From the NCBI GenBank assembly GCA_017451585.1, contig JAFTOC010000068.1, positions 10,059-74,058 on the forward strand: DNA of 64,000 nt. The letters run 5' to 3'. Source of the DNA: Clostridia bacterium. Its GTDB lineage: Bacteria > Bacillota > Clostridia > Oscillospirales > CAG-272. A program made the position numbers and the translations under genes. This document shows positions 62,142 through 64,000 of this stretch, piece after piece (the stretch's first letter is position 1; the number at the start of each line of letters is the position of its first letter). The notes under the pieces are model-generated. The model worked only from the letters and a program-made list of their open reading frames with translations, searched no databases and was not told where the DNA came from.

Positions 62142-62170
62142 TTGCATTTTGCGGAAGAATGTGCTATAAT
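62142..62170 (+). promoter_or_regulatory. sigma-70 promoter driving the structured leader
   Basis: TTGCAT-17 nt-TATAAT. Confidence 0.6.
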
Positions 62171-62176
62171 GAAAGT

Positions 62177-62335
62177 GCCAAACAAACTGCATAACTGTGC
62201 ACCAAAGTGTGTATTTTTATTTTTGATAAAAATGCACGCTCATTTCTACACGCTTTGGTGGATTCAGTTTGTTTGGCGACAACCGAGCTGCGTTTTTTGT
62301 GCGTCAGCTTCGGCTGACGCACTTTTTATTTTTTG
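62177..62335 (+). ncRNA. candidate structured leader / small RNA ending in an intrinsic terminator
   Basis: 13-bp outer stem 62177-62189 / 62265-62277 and 12-bp inner stem 62200-62211 / 62249-62260. Terminator gtgcgtcagc-ttcg-gctgacgcac plus T-run at 62299-62335 abuts the SD of the next gene. Confidence 0.45.
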
Positions 62336-62346
62336 GAGGTATTATT

Positions 62347-62661
62347 ATGTTTCAAGATCCGAGTCGTCAACTCAAAATGCTGGCAAAACTCCTGTGCGCC
62401 CTCGGCTCTATCGGCTCACTGTTATCCGGAATAGCCTTGCTCTTTCAAGGAGCCGGCGGAATGGTGATCGGCTTTTTCATCCTGACCTTCGGACTGTCAA
62501 CGTCCTGGATCTTTTCGCTCATCCTGTACGGAATCGGTAAAACGCTTCAGCAGACCGAGTGGATCGCAGAAGATACGAAACGGATAGAAGCATACGCCCG
62601 TTCGTCCATCCTGAATGCGTTCCGTTCGCAACAGGATGCCTCCTCTAACGCATCCGAATAA
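62347..62661 (+). CDS. small hypothetical membrane protein (two TM helices)
   Basis: Start at MFQDPS behind GGAGG, 104 aa. Confidence 0.6.
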   Translation: MFQDPSRQLKMLAKLLCALGSIGSLLSGIALLFQGAGGMVIGFFILTFGLSTSWIFSLILYGIGKTLQQTEWIAEDTKRIEAYARSSILNAFRSQQDASSNASE

Positions 62662-62681
62662 TCTTTTCCTTCTTACAGCAA

Positions 62682-62715
62682 AACGCCGACGTGCATTCGT
62701 CGGCGTTCTTTGTTT
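62682..62715 (+). terminator. intrinsic terminator
   Basis: aacgccgacg-tgcat-cgtcggcgtt followed by ctttgtttg. Confidence 0.8.
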
Positions 62716-62821
62716 GCGGAAACTTGTTTGCGTTTTTACAGGAAGGTGCTGTAAAAAAGTGCCTTTTCAAAAGTTTTTGGAGATTCCAAAGGGGCTGTAA
62801 AAAAAGTCTTTTGCCAACTCA

Positions 62822-62846
62822 AAGGCTCCCTCTGGGAGGGAGCCTT
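62822..62846. repeat. solo hairpin of the REP/MITE-like family
   Basis: aaggctccctctgggagggagcctt. Confidence 0.65.
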
Positions 62847-62993
62847 GATATAACCGAAAAAACCATTGCTATAGTGAAAATTTCACTTTTGCAATGGCTT
62901 TTTCTTTTATTTTCTTTTCTTATTGCCCTTATGCGGCGATTCCTTTTTTTTACAGCACCTTTGGCGGAGTTTGAGGCGGAGCCTCAATCGCAT

Positions 62994-64000
62994 TTATTCT
63001 CCCATGATCTGCTTGTCGATGGCGGCGGCGGCGGTTTTGCCTGCGCCCATGGCAAGGATTACGGTAGCGGCACCGGTAACGGCGTCGCCGCCGGCGTAAA
63101 CGCCGGGCTTAGTGGTGGCACCGGTCTCCTCGGTGACGATGATACCGCCCCAGCGGTTGACCTCCAGACCTGCGGTGGTGTCCTTGATCAGGGGGTTGGG
63201 GGAGGTGCCGATGGACATGATCACGCAGTCCACGTCCAGCACGAACTCACTGCCGGGGATCTCGATGGGGGAACGTCTGCCCGATGCGTCGGGCTCGCCC
63301 AGCTCCATCTTGATGCACTTCATGCCGATCACCGAGCCGTTCTTGGGATCGCGCTTGTCATCGGGGTTGTTGTAGCCGAGAATTTCCACAGGATTGTTCA
63401 GAAGGCGGAATTGGATGCCCTCTTCCATTGCGTGCTCAACCTCTTCCTTACGGGCGGGAAGCTCCTCCAGAGAACGGCGGTAAACGATGGAGACCTCTTC
63501 GGCACCCAGTCTCAGCGCGGTACGGGCAGCATCCATTGCTACGTTGCCGCCGCCAACGACTGCTACCTTCTTGGCACGCAGAATGGGGGTGGTGGCATCG
63601 TCACGGTACGCCTTCATCAGATTGTTACGGGTCAAAAACTCGTTGGCGGAGTATACGCCCTTCAGCGACTCGCCGGGGATCCGCATGAAGCGGGGCAGAC
63701 CTGCGCCCGAGCCTACGAATACTGCCTCAAAGCCGTACTCCTCCATCAGCTCGTCAATGGTCAGGGTCTTGCCGATGACCATGTTGGTCTCGACCTTGAC
63801 GCCCAGCGTCTTCAGAGTGTCCACTTCCTTCTGCACGATTGCCTTGGGCAGACGGAATTCGGGAATGCCGTACACCAGCACGCCGCCTGCCAGGTGGAAC
63901 GCCTCGAATACGGTGACGTCGTAGCCCTTCTTGGCAAGGTCGCCTGCGCAGGTAAGTCCTGCGGGGCCGGAGCCGACTACGGCTACCTTATGTCCGTTGG
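62994..64000 (-). CDS. glutamate synthase small-subunit-family FAD/NAD(P) oxidoreductase (GltD/NfnB-like), 5' end outside the window
   Basis: The frame continues past the listed Met to the window end (..VAVVGSGPAGLTCAGDLAKKGYDVTVFEA..). Second Rossmann motif VAVVGGGNVAMDAART and C-terminal GVYAGGDAVTGAATVI. Confidence 0.85.
   Translation of the reverse strand, partial: NGHKVAVVGSGPAGLTCAGDLAKKGYDVTVFEAFHLAGGVLVYGIPEFRLPKAIVQKEVDTLKTLGVKVETNMVIGKTLTIDELMEEYGFEAVFVGSGAGLPRFMRIPGESLKGVYSANEFLTRNNLMKAYRDDATTPILRAKKVAVVGGGNVAMDAARTALRLGAEEVSIVYRRSLEELPARKEEVEHAMEEGIQFRLLNNPVEILGYNNPDDKRDPKNGSVIGMKCIKMELGEPDASGRRSPIEIPGSEFVLDVDCVIMSIGTSPNPLIKDTTAGLEVNRWGGIIVTEETGATTKPGVYAGGDAVTGAATVILAMGAGKTAAAAIDKQIMGE

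Overview
The window reads as a chromosome segment from a high-GC Gram-positive anaerobe. Gene content looks Clostridia/Oscillospirales-like (T-box leader, PadR-DUF1700-DUF4097 operon, Ech-type [NiFe] hydrogenase with hypFCDE, large serine recombinases), but the taxon is inference only.

(1) 1-18.3 kb is core, mostly on the minus strand. It carries trpS behind a T-box, a PadR operon, two tandem Na/Pi-cotransporter paralogs, a phosphohexomutase, htpG, a solitary mazF, an atypical OmpR-like regulator and a dihydroorotase-like amidohydrolase.

(2) About 18.3-41.1 kb is a composite accessory island that is visibly AT-richer than its flanks.
(a) 18.7-26.9 kb holds one unknown 396-aa protein plus eleven co-directional genes, ten for small-molecule-modifying enzymes: 3 NUDIX, 2 GNAT, 2 APH-like kinases, an NTase, a nitroreductase, DJ-1/PfpI and a SnoaL-fold protein.
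(b) 27.0-32.8 kb is a defence block: an Eco29kI-like GIY-YIG endonuclease, a C5 cytosine methyltransferase and an XRE HTH. Immediately upstream sits a four-gene SMC/ABC-ATPase operon of the Lamassu/ABC-3C type whose effector part is not recognisable. This is my best candidate for an undescribed system.
(c) 33.1-40.9 kb is a stripped-down phage-like element (sigma-like, DUF2800, DUF2815, holin, amidase, two large serine recombinases) ending beside an intact tRNA-Leu(UAA).

(3) 41.2-64 kb is core again. It carries a GH38 alpha-mannosidase, an ABC exporter plus two XRE paralogs sharing a palindromic operator, a MalY-type C-S lyase and hypEDCF. It also has a six-gene Ech hydrogenase with an unusual 8-cluster polyferredoxin EchF, a structured leader candidate, and a GltD-like oxidoreductase that runs off the window end.

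Several GC-rich intergenic repeat families (REP/MITE-like) recur across the window. I saw no rRNA or CRISPR array. All functional calls come from motif-level reading of the supplied translations and the DNA; no database search was possible.
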